Source of the DNA: Candidatus Natronoplasma sp.
GTDB taxonomy: Archaea > Thermoplasmatota > Thermoplasmata > Halarchaeoplasmatales > Halarchaeoplasmataceae
Assembly: GCA_048620775.1 (NCBI GenBank)
Contig: JBMCEH010000002.1
Span: 1-45,489 of the forward strand
Direction: 5' to 3'
Length of the DNA: 45,489 nt
Shown: positions 8,310-18,742 of the stretch, one piece after another
Layout of the letters: each line of letters starts with the position of its first letter
How positions within the stretch are numbered: position 1 is the first letter of the stretch
Program-made: the position numbers and the translations under genes
The notes under the pieces: generated by a model
Told to the model about the DNA's origin: nothing
Databases searched by the model: none
What the model saw: the letters and a program-made list of their open reading frames with translations, nothing else

Positions 8310-9698
8310 CTAGAAGTCCAATTCCATATTTTCTAATATAGTCGAGCTTCTTTTGAACATCGATATCATGAATAGAGCAGATAGGTCTGCGGCAAGTATC
8401 ACACTCAAAATAGCAAGGATCCGGTCCATCTCGATCAAAGTGAAAGGGATACTTAAAAACATCACAGACAATATCATAGCTAACATTATCATAGAATACA
8501 TCGTTATGATGTCTGGAGACCCTTTTGTACTCTCGTTGAAGTTCGGAAATTTTGCTGCAGCCCAAAGGCCGATCCCGCTCATTACGAATATGAATATGGA
8601 TGAAGAAAACGCAGAAAAGACCACGAACGAGAGAGGATAATCGAGTATCAACGGTAGAGGTAGAGCGATCATCACGATCATGATCGGAGACGTTAAAATG
8701 ATCGCTAATGCCTTTCCTGACGCTATCTTTTTCATCTCGCTGGGAAGCGTACGTATACACCACAATCTGACACCGTCTCTGCTGAACAGATTAAGCGACG
8801 GGATCAAGGTATGTATTACCGCTGCCAAAAAAGCAGTCATCGCGATAAGGGACGGATAGAAATACTTCCCGAGACCGAGACCGAGATCAGGACGAGGACC
8901 AAGGCTTGAATAGATGAATATCAGTCCAATCCCCATCATAGTGACCACCGCTATAGAAGCTAGAACCTGTCTTCTTCTCCACCTTCTTTTGAATTCGACC
9001 TCTGCTATCAACCTAGTGGGTTCGGAGATGAAATTTGGCAGTTCTAGGCCTTTACGGTGAAGTGTTGAACTTTCTGTATTTTGACTACTATTGGTCCATA
9101 CTTCTTCATATAAAGGTGCGTTCAAAAAAACCGCTATCATCAGAGAACTTACTAACATCAAGATAGCATATCCGATCTGGTAAAAAGGGGAGAGTCCAGA
9201 GTGTAGAATTATAGCTGCAAGAGTGATCATCTGTCCAGCTATCACCAAATTGATCTTCTTGAGCCATCTATTCTTGACGTGCGATGTGACAGAGATGTTG
9301 AATCCGACTAGAGGTGCTAAAACCATCAGTGTATAAAGTAGGATGAGAAATCTACGATCGATAGGTAGTTCTATATTCCATATTCCGACAACCAATGAAG
9401 TCACGCTCATGGCTACTCCGAAGAGTAAAAGATTGTAAAACCAAACTCTGAGTAGTTTGGAATAAAAAATAGAACTTGGATTCAAGGGGGAGGAAAAATA
9501 ATGTTTCTGCGACCTATCCTTCAAAACTCCTTCGATCGTTTCTGCAGAGGACTTTGCTACAAAAAAGAAAAAAATACTGAAGAGTACGTTGCCTTGAGAG
9601 GGATCGAGTAGAAGTTCGTCCAGACCGGCTAGAAATTCTATCATCGAGAGTATAAGCCAAAAACCTCCGAACATAAGAAGGATAAACCATAAGATCAT
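8310..9698 (-). CDS. Polytopic membrane protein, probable permease partner of the upstream ABC ATPase
   Basis: 462 aa with hydrophobic segments throughout. It lies directly downstream of the ABC ATPase on the same strand. No diagnostic motif was recognised. Confidence 0.5.
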   Translation of the reverse strand: MILWFILLMFGGFWLILSMIEFLAGLDELLLDPSQGNVLFSIFFFFVAKSSAETIEGVLKDRSQKHYFSSPLNPSSIFYSKLLRVWFYNLLLFGVAMSVTSLVVGIWNIELPIDRRFLILLYTLMVLAPLVGFNISVTSHVKNRWLKKINLVIAGQMITLAAIILHSGLSPFYQIGYAILMLVSSLMIAVFLNAPLYEEVWTNSSQNTESSTLHRKGLELPNFISEPTRLIAEVEFKRRWRRRQVLASIAVVTMMGIGLIFIYSSLGPRPDLGLGLGKYFYPSLIAMTAFLAAVIHTLIPSLNLFSRDGVRLWCIRTLPSEMKKIASGKALAIILTSPIMIVMIALPLPLILDYPLSFVVFSAFSSSIFIFVMSGIGLWAAAKFPNFNESTKGSPDIITMYSMIMLAMILSVMFLSIPFTLIEMDRILAILSVILAADLSALFMISMFKRSSTILENMELDF

Positions 9699-9765
9699 CG
9701 CGGGATGTTCTTTTACCTTTCGTTTAAATCCTCTGTAAGATCTTAGTATATCCGAAGAAAATAGT

Positions 9766-10497
9766 TCAAGGATCTTTTTGGGCGTGATTAACCACCTCTA
9801 TGAACACCTGTTCTAGGTTATCCGAACCAGTTTCTCTTTTCAGTTGGTTCACAGTTCCTTCCGCTACAAGACGTCCTTTCTCTATTATGCCTACTTTATC
9901 TGCGACGTCTTCAGCAACTGGAGTGATGTGAGTACTCATCAGAATACATTTCCCTCGCGAAGCCAATTCCTTTATCCTGGATTTGATATCTTGGGAAAAT
10001 CTTGGATCTAAAGAGTTCGTTGGTTCATCCAATATAAGATTAGGAGGGTCGTTTATGACGGCGTTCATGAAAAGGATCTTCTGTTTCATACCTTTAGAAT
10101 AACCCCCCATCTCTTTATGTAGATGATCGTTTATCTCTAGATCAAGAGATAGACTTTCGATTTTCTCGGATAATATGTCTTCCTCAACACCCTTTAGTGA
10201 ACCCATCATATGTAGGAATTCTTCACCTGTTAATTTTTCATAAAGATCTGGGTGTTCGGGCATGTATCCAAACCGACCTCTGATCTTCTTGTTATGCCTA
10301 GCAGATTGACCGTCGATCCTCGCAGTACCGGAAGATGGTTGTAATAGACCTGTAAGTATCTTTATCAGAGTAGTTTTACCCGCGCCGTTCGAGCCCAAAA
10401 GAGCGTATATGTCCCCTTCTTCCAAAAAGAAATCTACCCCTTTTAGAGCTTCAAAAGTCCCGTAGGACTTCCTGAGGTCTTTTATCTCGATCATCAA
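9766..10497 (-). CDS. ABC transporter ATP-binding protein (ABC-2/CcmA-like size)
   Basis: Walker A GSNGAGKTT, signature-like YSKGMKQK, Walker B LILDEPT, H-loop STH. There is a 4-nt overlap with the upstream NIF3 gene. Confidence 0.9.
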   Translation of the reverse strand: MMIEIKDLRKSYGTFEALKGVDFFLEEGDIYALLGSNGAGKTTLIKILTGLLQPSSGTARIDGQSARHNKKIRGRFGYMPEHPDLYEKLTGEEFLHMMGSLKGVEEDILSEKIESLSLDLEINDHLHKEMGGYSKGMKQKILFMNAVINDPPNLILDEPTNSLDPRFSQDIKSRIKELASRGKCILMSTHITPVAEDVADKVGIIEKGRLVAEGTVNQLKRETGSDNLEQVFIEVVNHAQKDP

Positions 10498-11447
10498 TTT
10501 CGCGAAACCCTGATGAACCCACTACAGGGAACTATTTCGACGCCGTTTTTCTCTAGCTCGTCTAAAAACACATTCAATCCGAGCGAATCGCTTGCCATGT
10601 GGCCCGCTATTATGTAATTGATATGATTTTCTTCTACTTTTTCTCGATGATCTTCACTTAGATGCATCCCGATTATGGTCCCAACGCCTGCGTCGGCCAA
10701 TTTCTCATATGAGTCTTCGCTACCTTCGGTTCCACCTGTCATCTCAACTACGACTTTTCCCGCCCGATTATCCTCGCTACCCACGATTATATCAGGTCCT
10801 GCATTGAACTTTCTTGCTTCGTGGTATTCTGGTATATATTTGAGGAACTCCAAAACATCCTCCACTTTTTTGAAGTCCTCCTCATCAATTTTCTCGCTCA
10901 AAAAGGACTCCACAAGATTATCCGTAACGGTATGAAGACACATCATAGGTATATCTAGGAGTTTAGCAGCATCGAGGCTTTGATTGAAGTTCGCCCCTTT
11001 GATTTTCCTTTCTACTTCCTTCATCCTTTTATTCACCATCCCTTCAGCGACATTGATCGGTACCCCCCACTCTTCCAACATATCCTTTTGAAGTTCCATG
11101 ACTTCATACATCGAAGCTAGACCGATTCCTCTTGGATGGTGTGCTAGTACGAGGTCTACATCTTCCCCTTTTTCAGATAAACGATCGGCTAACATGATCT
11201 CGCCTGTATCGATGTTTATCCCCGCCAAGATCCTCTTCACTTCAGTAGATGGATCTCCGTGAAGCAGTCTTGAGTCATGGAATGGATTCTTCAATCTTTG
11301 CTCGTCAAATACTTCTTTGTCTTTACCTTCTAATTCTTCATATTCTTCCCTAGCTTCCTCCAGCTTTTTTTCCAATTCTTCTTCATCTCTGACATCTCCT
11401 TCCATCCCCATCTTGATCGCTAGCTCGTATATTTTTTCTAGTTTCAT
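10494..11447 (-). CDS. NIF3/DUF34 family (GTP cyclohydrolase 1 type 2 homolog-like) protein
   Basis: DLVLAHHP motif, later HTVTDN and a C-terminal GHMASD-type metal-ligand region. The N-terminal acidic coiled segment is extra. Confidence 0.6.
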   Translation of the reverse strand: MKLEKIYELAIKMGMEGDVRDEEELEKKLEEAREEYEELEGKDKEVFDEQRLKNPFHDSRLLHGDPSTEVKRILAGINIDTGEIMLADRLSEKGEDVDLVLAHHPRGIGLASMYEVMELQKDMLEEWGVPINVAEGMVNKRMKEVERKIKGANFNQSLDAAKLLDIPMMCLHTVTDNLVESFLSEKIDEEDFKKVEDVLEFLKYIPEYHEARKFNAGPDIIVGSEDNRAGKVVVEMTGGTEGSEDSYEKLADAGVGTIIGMHLSEDHREKVEENHINYIIAGHMASDSLGLNVFLDELEKNGVEIVPCSGFIRVSRN

Positions 11448-11583
11448 GTTTATCGGTCTAAGGAAAACCCGGGGATATTATATTCTTTTCCATCAAAAGA
11501 GGTTTTTTATTGAACCATTATCGATTCCTTATAACCGGTTTTGGGCAAAAAGTATTTTTTATGTCTTTATTTATCCTTTGCCG

Positions 11584-12060
11584 ATGGTCAGAATATTCGA
11601 TAGAAAACTGAAACAGGAAACCATAAAACATTATGTCGGTCAAAGCTTTCTTGCAGCTTTAGTCCTTTATTTAGGTCTCAATCTGCCGTTATTGGGGGAG
11701 GAGATAGTACTTGTAGCAGCTGCAGGTTCTACAGCCTTTATCGTTTTCGCGATGCCAAATAGTGAGACGGCCAATCCAAGACGCGTGATCGGTAGTCACT
11801 TTATATGTGGTCTTATAGGTCTAGGATTTAGTGCTATCTCCCCCTCTATCTTATCTCCTGAATTGGCCGTTTCTTTAGCTTTGGGTGCGGCCATTCTAGC
11901 TATGGTATCTCTATGGTTAGAACATCCTCCTGCAGGGGGTACGGTTCTCTTTTTCGTGCTCAATCCACAACCTGTAGCGCTGGTCTCTCTATTGCTGCTT
12001 GTAAATATTATGGCCACACTTTCGTATGTAATTCGGCCATATCTTTATGATCTACTCTGA
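11584..12060 (+). CDS. HPP-family integral membrane protein
   Basis: HPPAGG motif and 4-5 hydrophobic helices. I take the start at the internal ATG 11584 (MVRIFDRK...). The ORF-track 5' extension overlaps the NIF3 gene antisense and is Ser-rich low complexity. Confidence 0.7.
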   Translation: MVRIFDRKLKQETIKHYVGQSFLAALVLYLGLNLPLLGEEIVLVAAAGSTAFIVFAMPNSETANPRRVIGSHFICGLIGLGFSAISPSILSPELAVSLALGAAILAMVSLWLEHPPAGGTVLFFVLNPQPVALVSLLLLVNIMATLSYVIRPYLYDLL

Positions 12061-12127
12061 ATTTGAAACCTACTTACTTCTAAACAAAGAATATATAAAG
12101 CCCACATCTTATGGGATATTGATAAAT

Positions 12128-12442
12128 TTGAGCAATGGAGACGAAGATGAAGTCGTAAGGGTGCCTTACCCAAATAGAAGCGAAGGACAGATGTTTGCTA
12201 TAGCTGAGAATATGCTTGGAGGAGCCCGAGTTCGAGTAATCTGTGAGGACGGCAAATCTCGATTAGGCAGGATTCCAGGAAAACTTAAAAAACGGATGTG
12301 GATAAGGGAAGATGATCTTTTGATAGTGGATCCGTGGGATTTTCAAGATGAAAAATGTGATATCAAGTACCGTTACACTAGGACTCAGGTCAACTATTTA
12401 CGGAAAAAGAACGATCTTCCCGACAGTTTAGATGTCTTTTAG
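12128..12442 (+). CDS. eif1a: Translation initiation factor aIF-1A
   Basis: GQMFAIAENMLGGARVRVICEDGKSRLGRIPGKLKKRMWIREDDLLIVDPWDFQ is the S1-like OB core. The start is uncertain: TTG at 12128 gives a typical length, while the ORF track opens at ATG 12047. Confidence 0.85.
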   Translation: MSNGDEDEVVRVPYPNRSEGQMFAIAENMLGGARVRVICEDGKSRLGRIPGKLKKRMWIREDDLLIVDPWDFQDEKCDIKYRYTRTQVNYLRKKNDLPDSLDVF

Positions 12443-12486
12443 CCTTTTAACGCAAAAGTTTTTTGCTATAAAGGAGATGAATAAGC

Positions 12487-12684
12487 ATGAAAAGGGATCT
12501 GCTAGATATCCTCCGCTGTCCTAAATGCAAGGGCGAATTGAAACTGATTTCTTCTGAAACGGATGAATCCTCAGATGAAGACGACTCTCAAGAGATCGAA
12601 GAGGGTACTTTGCACTGTAAAAAATGTGATATAGAATACCCTATCGATGATGGGATACCTAACATGCTTCCGTCAGAGGGATGA
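12487..12684 (+). CDS. Trm112-family zinc-ribbon protein (methyltransferase activator)
   Basis: LLDILRCPKCKGEL ... LHCKKCDIEYPIDDGIPNML, with an acidic insert between the half-sites. Confidence 0.7.
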   Translation: MKRDLLDILRCPKCKGELKLISSETDESSDEDDSQEIEEGTLHCKKCDIEYPIDDGIPNMLPSEG

Positions 12685-12696
12685 TATCAAAAGTAT

Positions 12697-13194
12697 TCAC
12701 TTCATATATTCTTTTTGAATTTCTACGATATCGGAGCTATTTTTTGCTTCCTGATAATCGTTCAATGGATTCTTATTCATCTCGATGAATTGCTCTCCCC
12801 AGTTAAAAATTGAGAGTATTTCACTTGCTTGATCCTCCTCACCAAATATGTAAAGCGCGGCGGCGATAGCTTCGACAGTCGTGAGCTGGAAAGGTTTACC
12901 GTAATTTATTGGATTCACTGCCACCAGATAAGGCAAGGCCCTTCCATTCTCATATTCAGGTATTTTTTCTTCCGCCTCTGTCCAGGTACAGTCAATAGCT
13001 CTTATGCCTCCCTTCTTTGCTTTTTCTTTATCTTCTGGAGATATAGCCTTCTCTGATATCGGACTTAGGTATATACCATCTCTTCCCAGTTCTCTATCAT
13101 TCACGATTTTATCAGCATATTTATTGTCTATCAACTTTCTTGCAGTACATTTATCAGGGTCGCACTCCCGATAATCTAATATAAATAATTCCAT
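12697..13194 (-). CDS. tsr3: Tsr3-type 16S rRNA aminocarboxypropyltransferase (DUF367)
   Basis: CDPDKCTARKL, IDCTW and AVNPINYGKPFQLTTVEAIAAALYIFG match the Tsr3 pattern. Length 165 aa. Confidence 0.8.
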   Translation of the reverse strand: MELFILDYRECDPDKCTARKLIDNKYADKIVNDRELGRDGIYLSPISEKAISPEDKEKAKKGGIRAIDCTWTEAEEKIPEYENGRALPYLVAVNPINYGKPFQLTTVEAIAAALYIFGEEDQASEILSIFNWGEQFIEMNKNPLNDYQEAKNSSDIVEIQKEYMK

Positions 13195-13288
13195 GCCGAT
13201 GCTAATTTAAGACATCGGTAATAAATTATTCGATAATCTTAAAACTTTGAACATGGTGCATATCTTTTCCTGCTTTTAAAAAAGAATG

Positions 13289-13299
13289 AAAAAATATAT
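13289..13299 (+). promoter_or_regulatory. TATA-like box upstream of the C/D sRNA candidate
   Basis: AAAAATATAT lies about 24-34 nt upstream of the terminal stem at 13323. The call rests on position only. Confidence 0.3.
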
Positions 13300-13322
13300 G
13301 AACATGCTAATCTATTAGAGAG

Positions 13323-13435
13323 TACCCGATGATGACGAATCCAAAACTGACAATAGCGAGGGACAAAAATCCCTCTCTATGTTCAAAAGCCAAATGGCTT
13401 TATGTGGATGATGATTGATGGGCAGTCTGAGGGTA
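13323..13435 (+). ncRNA. C/D box sRNA candidate with long internal spacer
   Basis: Terminal stem TACCC (13323-13327)/GGGTA (13431-13435). C box ATGATGA 13329-13335, an 11-nt guide, D' CTGA 13347-13350. A 57-nt spacer holds the hairpin GAGGGA-CAAAAA-TCCCTC (13358-13375). C' ATGATGA 13408-13414, a 12-nt guide, D CTGA 13427-13430. Confidence 0.65.
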
Positions 13436-13459
13436 TAAACCTAAAACAAGAGGATAAAT

Positions 13460-14080
13460 ATGGTAACTGGTTTCGACTTACTTCATAATAATAAGCCCTT
13501 ACAGAAGCATTGGTTGAAGAGATTGATAGCTTACTTTATCGACTTAATTGTTTCTTCCATGGTAGTTTATTTGATACTCAATTTTCTTGCCTCTGTATTC
13601 TTTGCTCGCTCTATGATATGGTACTTCCCGATGACCGCTGGTATAGTTCAAGTGTTTTATTCAGCGCTTCTAGAATTCACGAGTAAAAAGACACTGGGTA
13701 AAGCCATCATGAAGTTAGAAGTGGAAGCCTTGACCTACTCTTTTGAGCCATCCGATGCTTTGATAAGAAATTTTAGTAAACTGCACGGTATTTTTGTTCT
13801 TTTAGATTGGGTGATCGGTATGGCTAGTGAAGGAGATCCCAGGCAGCGCTATCTTGATCGATTGACCGATACGACTGTGAAAGCTGTGGGTGAACCCATA
13901 CATGTGAGAGAATACATCGATGACCATCTTTTGAAATCAGATGTCGGAGAAAGATCCACGGAACCTGAAGATGAAGAGGAGGAAGAAGGAGATAAGAGAA
14001 GGTGTCGGGAATGTGGGGGAAAACTGATAGAGATAGGCGAGGGAAAAGCTAGATGTAGAGATTGTGGGCGTATCCAATAA
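13460..14080 (+). CDS. RDD-family membrane protein with C-terminal zinc ribbon
   Basis: LKRLIAYFIDLIVS (RDD-type N-terminus) and three hydrophobic helices. An acidic linker precedes CRECGGKL...CRDCG. Confidence 0.55.
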   Translation: MVTGFDLLHNNKPLQKHWLKRLIAYFIDLIVSSMVVYLILNFLASVFFARSMIWYFPMTAGIVQVFYSALLEFTSKKTLGKAIMKLEVEALTYSFEPSDALIRNFSKLHGIFVLLDWVIGMASEGDPRQRYLDRLTDTTVKAVGEPIHVREYIDDHLLKSDVGERSTEPEDEEEEEGDKRRCRECGGKLIEIGEGKARCRDCGRIQ

Positions 14081-14086
14081 AATAAT

Positions 14087-15379
14087 ATGTACATAGCTGT
14101 TGATGATACGGATTCTAGAGAAGGTATGTGTACGACTTTTTTAGCTACTGAGTTGATTAAAGAATTCACAGACTATCAGATGTTGGATTATCCCAAATTG
14201 GTTAGACTAAACCCTAACGTACCCTGGAAGACGAGAGGAAACGGAGCCATTGTTCTAACGTTCGGAAAAGGGAGTGAAAAAGAAAAGAGGATAGGTTATG
14301 TAGATGGGGATCTCTGGACCTTTAAAGGTACACATGAGAAAAGAGAAAAAGATTTTGATAGGATTAAAAAAGTGGTAGAAGGATTAGCTCATTTTCGAAG
14401 TTCGAACACTAATCCAGGATTGATCTTAGCCGAAAGAAGACCTCCCCGAGACCTGTATGAGAAGGCTGTTAAAGATGTCGTTGAGTTGGAGGATGTTTTA
14501 GATGATTTGGATCAAAATGGTTTCGAGTACAAAGGTTATGGAGAGAAAAGAGGTTTGATCGGTGCTTCAGCAGCTCTAGCCTGGACACCAAAAGATATGA
14601 CCTATGAACTACTAACATATCGTAGAGAAGAAAAGTGGGGCACTAGTAGAGAGTTAGATGAAGAAGATATCAGACGTCTCGATGATATAATCGATGGTGC
14701 TTTTGATTGCTATGATCATGAAGAAAACAAACAGGCTATAGCTCCTAATTCTCCCTGCCCAGTTCTCTATGGTGTAAGAGGGGAGGATTCACAGGAATTA
14801 CAGAAAGCTCTAGATAAAATAGGTGAAGAAGAACCGGAAAGATGGGTCACATTTCTCACCAATCAAGCCACAGACGATCATATACAGCAGGCACTAATCA
14901 AAGATATGGAGCCTTGGAACTCAGTAAAGATCGAAGGAGAGGTATGTTCAGAACCAAGGTCGATAGAAGGAGGACATGTACTTTTCGATGTAAAAGATGA
15001 GACGGACCAGATAACCGCAGCGGCTTATGAACCCACGAAAGGGTTCAGAGAAATCATAAAAAAGCTGATAGTGGGGGACAGGGTTCAATTGTGGGGAGGA
15101 GTGAGAAAAGAGCCTAGGACTCTAAATATAGAAAAAATGAAAATTCTAGAGTTGGAGGAAAAGACAGTAAAAATCAGAAATCCAGAATGTCCCGAATGTG
15201 GGAAGAGGATGTCATCGATGGGGACAGACGCAGGATATAGATGCAAGAGGTGTAGAACAAAAGCAGACGAAGATCAAGCGATACGAGAGAAAGTAGATAG
15301 AGAGTTAAATGAAAAGTGGTACGAGGTGCCTGTTTCAGCTAGGAGGCATCTCTCTAAACCGCTTAAAAGGATGGAGTGA
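14087..15379 (+). CDS. tiaS: tRNA(Ile2) 2-agmatinylcytidine synthetase TiaS
   Basis: N-terminus MYIAVDDTDSREGMCTTF, 430 aa, and C-terminal zinc ribbon CPECGKRM...CKRC. Confidence 0.85.
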   Translation: MYIAVDDTDSREGMCTTFLATELIKEFTDYQMLDYPKLVRLNPNVPWKTRGNGAIVLTFGKGSEKEKRIGYVDGDLWTFKGTHEKREKDFDRIKKVVEGLAHFRSSNTNPGLILAERRPPRDLYEKAVKDVVELEDVLDDLDQNGFEYKGYGEKRGLIGASAALAWTPKDMTYELLTYRREEKWGTSRELDEEDIRRLDDIIDGAFDCYDHEENKQAIAPNSPCPVLYGVRGEDSQELQKALDKIGEEEPERWVTFLTNQATDDHIQQALIKDMEPWNSVKIEGEVCSEPRSIEGGHVLFDVKDETDQITAAAYEPTKGFREIIKKLIVGDRVQLWGGVRKEPRTLNIEKMKILELEEKTVKIRNPECPECGKRMSSMGTDAGYRCKRCRTKADEDQAIREKVDRELNEKWYEVPVSARRHLSKPLKRME

Positions 15380-15385
15380 AGTTTT

Positions 15386-16774
15386 TCACTCTGGATAGTA
15401 CTCGTCTATGTATTTCTGATCTATCCTCTTCAATTCCTTTTTTGGTATGATTGTGAGCAAGTCCCAGGCCATATCGAGCGTTTCATCTATACTCCTGTCT
15501 TCTTCGACTCCCTGATCTATGAATCGCTCTTCGAACTCTTCTGCAAATTCAAGGTAAAGTCTATCTCGTTCACTGAGTGCTTCTTCGCCCACAACAGCTA
15601 CAAGATCACGAAGATCAAGACCTTCTGCGTAGGCAGCATACAGTTGATTGCTCACGCCGGAGTGATCTTCTCTCGTTCTTTCTCCGCCTATACCTTCTTC
15701 CATGAGTCTAGAAAGGCTCTCACCAGGCGTGATAGGAGGCCTGATCCCTTTTCTATGTAATTCTCTAGAGAACACGAGCTGTCCCTCGGTGATGTATCCT
15801 GTAAGATCAGGGATAGGATGGGTTATGTCGTCGTCGGGCATGGTGAGTATAGGTATCATGGTTATGGACCCCTCTCTGTTCAATATCCTGCCCGCTCTCT
15901 CATAGATGTTCGCGAGATCAGTGTACATGTAACCTGGATAACCCCTTCTTCCAGGTACTTCTTCCCTCGCCGCAGCTATCTCCCTCAGGGCCTCGCAGTA
16001 GTTCGTCATGTCCGTAAGAATGACCAACACCTGCATATCTTCTTCGAAGGCGAGGTACTCAGCTGCAGTAAGCGCCATCCTCGGTATCACTATCCTTTCG
16101 ATAGCAGGATCATCGGCGAGGTTCAGGAACAGGACCGACCTTTCCAGTGCTCCCGTTCTCTCGAAGTCCTTTCTGAAAAAGTTCGCTTCCTCCGCGGTGA
16201 TACCCATCGCACAGAAAACCACGGCGAACTCTTCCTCTTCACCCAATACTTCGGACTGTCTGGCGATCTGAGCCGCAACGCTGTTATGCGGTAAACCTGA
16301 AGCGCTGAATATAGGTAATTTTTGTCCTCTGACCAAAGTCAACATACCGTCTATGGTTGAAATACCGGTCTGGATGAATTCTCTAGGATATTCTCTAGCA
16401 GATGGGTTTATAGGATCTCCATTTATATTCCTTCTTTCATCAGGTATGATATCTGGACTTCCATCGATAGGCTCTCCAATTCCGTTGAAAACCCTGCCGA
16501 GAAGTTCTCTAGAGACGCCGAACTTCATGACCTCGCCGGTGAATTGTACGCTAGTTTCATCAGTATCCAATCCTCTAGTTCCTGCAAAAACCTGCAGGAC
16601 TGCACGATCGGTTCCAGCCTCTAGTACCTGCCCTAACCGTTCCTCACCACTCGGCAATTTGACTTTAGCTATCTCATCATAAGCGACATCGCTGATACCT
16701 TCAACTACCATCAAAGGTCCAGCAACTTCAGTAACATTCTGATATTCCGTCCTTTTTGACATATCGTCGACCAT
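15386..16774 (-). CDS. atpB: A-type ATP synthase subunit B
   Basis: 462 aa. Typical non-catalytic subunit sequence ([24 protein letters not shown]). Last gene of the operon. Confidence 0.95.
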   Translation of the reverse strand: MVDDMSKRTEYQNVTEVAGPLMVVEGISDVAYDEIAKVKLPSGEERLGQVLEAGTDRAVLQVFAGTRGLDTDETSVQFTGEVMKFGVSRELLGRVFNGIGEPIDGSPDIIPDERRNINGDPINPSAREYPREFIQTGISTIDGMLTLVRGQKLPIFSASGLPHNSVAAQIARQSEVLGEEEEFAVVFCAMGITAEEANFFRKDFERTGALERSVLFLNLADDPAIERIVIPRMALTAAEYLAFEEDMQVLVILTDMTNYCEALREIAAAREEVPGRRGYPGYMYTDLANIYERAGRILNREGSITMIPILTMPDDDITHPIPDLTGYITEGQLVFSRELHRKGIRPPITPGESLSRLMEEGIGGERTREDHSGVSNQLYAAYAEGLDLRDLVAVVGEEALSERDRLYLEFAEEFEERFIDQGVEEDRSIDETLDMAWDLLTIIPKKELKRIDQKYIDEYYPE

Positions 16775-16776
16775 CT

Positions 16777-18687
16777 CTATCCCTCCTCCGGTGTAATGTC
16801 TTCATCATTCATCTTGCTCTCTTCTTCTTCAACATCTAACTCCTCTTCAGTCTCTCCTTCGAGAGGAGAAGAGAGTTCTAGTGATTCTTCAAGTTCTTTG
16901 AATTCTTCGTTCATCTTCATCTCAACTTGGCCAGATTTCTCTTCCCATTCATCCGAGGGTATGTTCGACATTCTGCTTATATCTTCTATAACATCCATTT
17001 CTGATAAACTATCTACGGAGACGCCTTCTTCGAGAGCTCTCTGTCCGGTTTCGTAGAATTCCATTATTATTTGGAGCATTCTGAACTGCTTCTCTGGAGA
17101 ACAGAAAGTATCCACATCGTGGAAAGCGTTCTGTTGAAGGAAATCTTCTCTGACAAGTCTAGCGGCCTGAAGTGCGAATTGATCTGAGGTGGGTAGAGCA
17201 TCTGGTCCGACTAGCTGGACGATCTCTTCGAGTTCAGATTCTTTTTCTAACAAACGCATGGTCTCTCTTCTAAGATCCTGCCAATTTTCGTTTACGTTCT
17301 CATCCCACCATTTACCTACCTGGTCGAGATAAAGTGAATATGAAGTCAACCAATCTATAGCCGGAAAGTGACGTCTGTTCTTCAGTTCGGTATCTAAAGC
17401 CCAGAAGACCTGTGCTATCCTCAAAGTGTTCTGGGTGACCGGTTCAGAAAAGTCTCCTCCAGAAGGGCTTACAGCTCCGATCACGGAAACAGAACCCTCT
17501 CTATCACCATAAAGCTCGCAGATACCAGCTCTTTCATAGAATGAAGCGAGCTCAGAGGCTAGATACGCGGGAAAACCTTCCTCACCAGGCATCTCTTCTA
17601 ACCTTCCGGATATCTCTCTCAGGGCCTCTGCCCATCGAGAAGTTGAATCGGCCATCAAAGCCACGTTATAACCCATGTCTCTGTAGTATTCCGCTATAGT
17701 TATACCAGAAAAGACGGAAGCTTCTCTTGCAGCGACGGGCATGTTACTGGTATTTGCGATCAGAACGGTCCTCTTCATCAGAGGTTCTCCACTCCATGGA
17801 TCTTCTAATTCAGGGAAATCTCTGAGAACTTCTGTCATCTCGTTACCTCTCTCTCCACAGCCGACGTAGACGACTATGTCTGCATCACTCCATTTGGCCA
17901 ATTGATGCTGGATGACCGTTTTGCCAGTCCCGAACCCCCCTGGAATAGCCGCTGTTCCCCCTTTAGCTAGAGGGAAGAAAGTATCCAACACTCTCTGACC
18001 CGTGACCAACAGCTCTCCTGGCTGTTTTTTATCTTTGATCGGTCTACCTACTCTAACGGGCCATCGCTGTTTCATACTTATCTCTTCTTCACCTTCTTCG
18101 TTCTCTAGAATCGCTATAGTTTCATTTATAGTGTATTTTCCTTCAGAAACTATCTCTTTTACCTCCCCGCTTTTATCAGGAGGGACCATGACCCTGTGTT
18201 CGACCGTCTTGGTCTCCTCTACAATACCGAGGATATCTCCATGTTCGACTTCTTCACCTTCTTCAATTTTCGGTTCAAATTCCCATTCCCTCTCTTCATC
18301 TAGAGGAGAGACTTCGATACCTCTCTTTATGAAATCGCCGGTCTCTTCAACTATTCCTTCTAGAGGCCTTTGTATACCGTCATAAATTTGTTCGATGAGA
18401 CCCGGTCCCAACTCTAGCGAAAGAGGTTCGCCAGTCCTTTCTACCGGTTCTCCCGGTTTCACACCTCCGGTCTCTTCATAAACTTGTATCGTAGCAACAT
18501 CTTCGTCAAGTTCGATTACTTCTCCGATCAGGCCTTCCTCGCCGACTTCAACCACTTCGTACATCTCGACTCCTCTAAGACCTTCGGCTTCTACGACTGG
18601 ACCAGCAACATGAATTATTCGTCCAACTCCTTCATCTTCATCAGGTTCTTTGATCTTGCTTATACTTTCCTCGGCTTCGTTTACCAT
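16777..18687 (-). CDS. atpA: A-type ATP synthase catalytic subunit A
   Basis: Walker [10 protein letters not shown], then [12 protein letters not shown] and [13 protein letters not shown]. No intein. Acidic N- and C-terminal extensions. Confidence 0.95.
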   Translation of the reverse strand: MVNEAEESISKIKEPDEDEGVGRIIHVAGPVVEAEGLRGVEMYEVVEVGEEGLIGEVIELDEDVATIQVYEETGGVKPGEPVERTGEPLSLELGPGLIEQIYDGIQRPLEGIVEETGDFIKRGIEVSPLDEEREWEFEPKIEEGEEVEHGDILGIVEETKTVEHRVMVPPDKSGEVKEIVSEGKYTINETIAILENEEGEEEISMKQRWPVRVGRPIKDKKQPGELLVTGQRVLDTFFPLAKGGTAAIPGGFGTGKTVIQHQLAKWSDADIVVYVGCGERGNEMTEVLRDFPELEDPWSGEPLMKRTVLIANTSNMPVAAREASVFSGITIAEYYRDMGYNVALMADSTSRWAEALREISGRLEEMPGEEGFPAYLASELASFYERAGICELYGDREGSVSVIGAVSPSGGDFSEPVTQNTLRIAQVFWALDTELKNRRHFPAIDWLTSYSLYLDQVGKWWDENVNENWQDLRRETMRLLEKESELEEIVQLVGPDALPTSDQFALQAARLVREDFLQQNAFHDVDTFCSPEKQFRMLQIIMEFYETGQRALEEGVSVDSLSEMDVIEDISRMSNIPSDEWEEKSGQVEMKMNEEFKELEESLELSSPLEGETEEELDVEEEESKMNDEDITPEEG

Positions 18688-18742
18688 ATTTTCTTTCCTC
18701 CTGAACGGATTTCAAAATAATAATCTTTATGAAATTTATACA

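Noticed and set aside
8266-8763. 165-aa ORF on the minus strand overlapping the 3' part of the 462-aa membrane protein gene
   Set aside because: It lies in a different frame on the same strand, overlapping the 3' end of a longer ORF with coherent transmembrane character. Its composition (His/Arg/Cys-rich) is unlike the rest of the proteome. I treat it as an overlapping spurious frame.
11317-11583. 5' extension of the HPP-family ORF suggested by the ORF track
   Set aside because: The extension overlaps the NIF3 gene on the opposite strand and encodes Ser-rich low complexity. The internal ATG at 11584 gives a normal HPP protein.
13356-13375. GCGAGGG heptamer inside the C/D sRNA spacer, identical to the tRNA-Leu acceptor 5' strand
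   Set aside because: A 7-mer is expected several times by chance in 45 kb on two strands, and no longer match was found.
15702-16682. Several 67-158-aa plus-strand ORFs inside atpB, and similar antisense ORFs inside atpA, atpI, atpK, polB, the ACD genes, rps2 and aCPSF1
   Set aside because: All are antisense or off-frame within genes that carry unambiguous conserved motifs. Their Ser/Pro/Ile-rich composition is typical of the reverse strand of acidic coding sequence.
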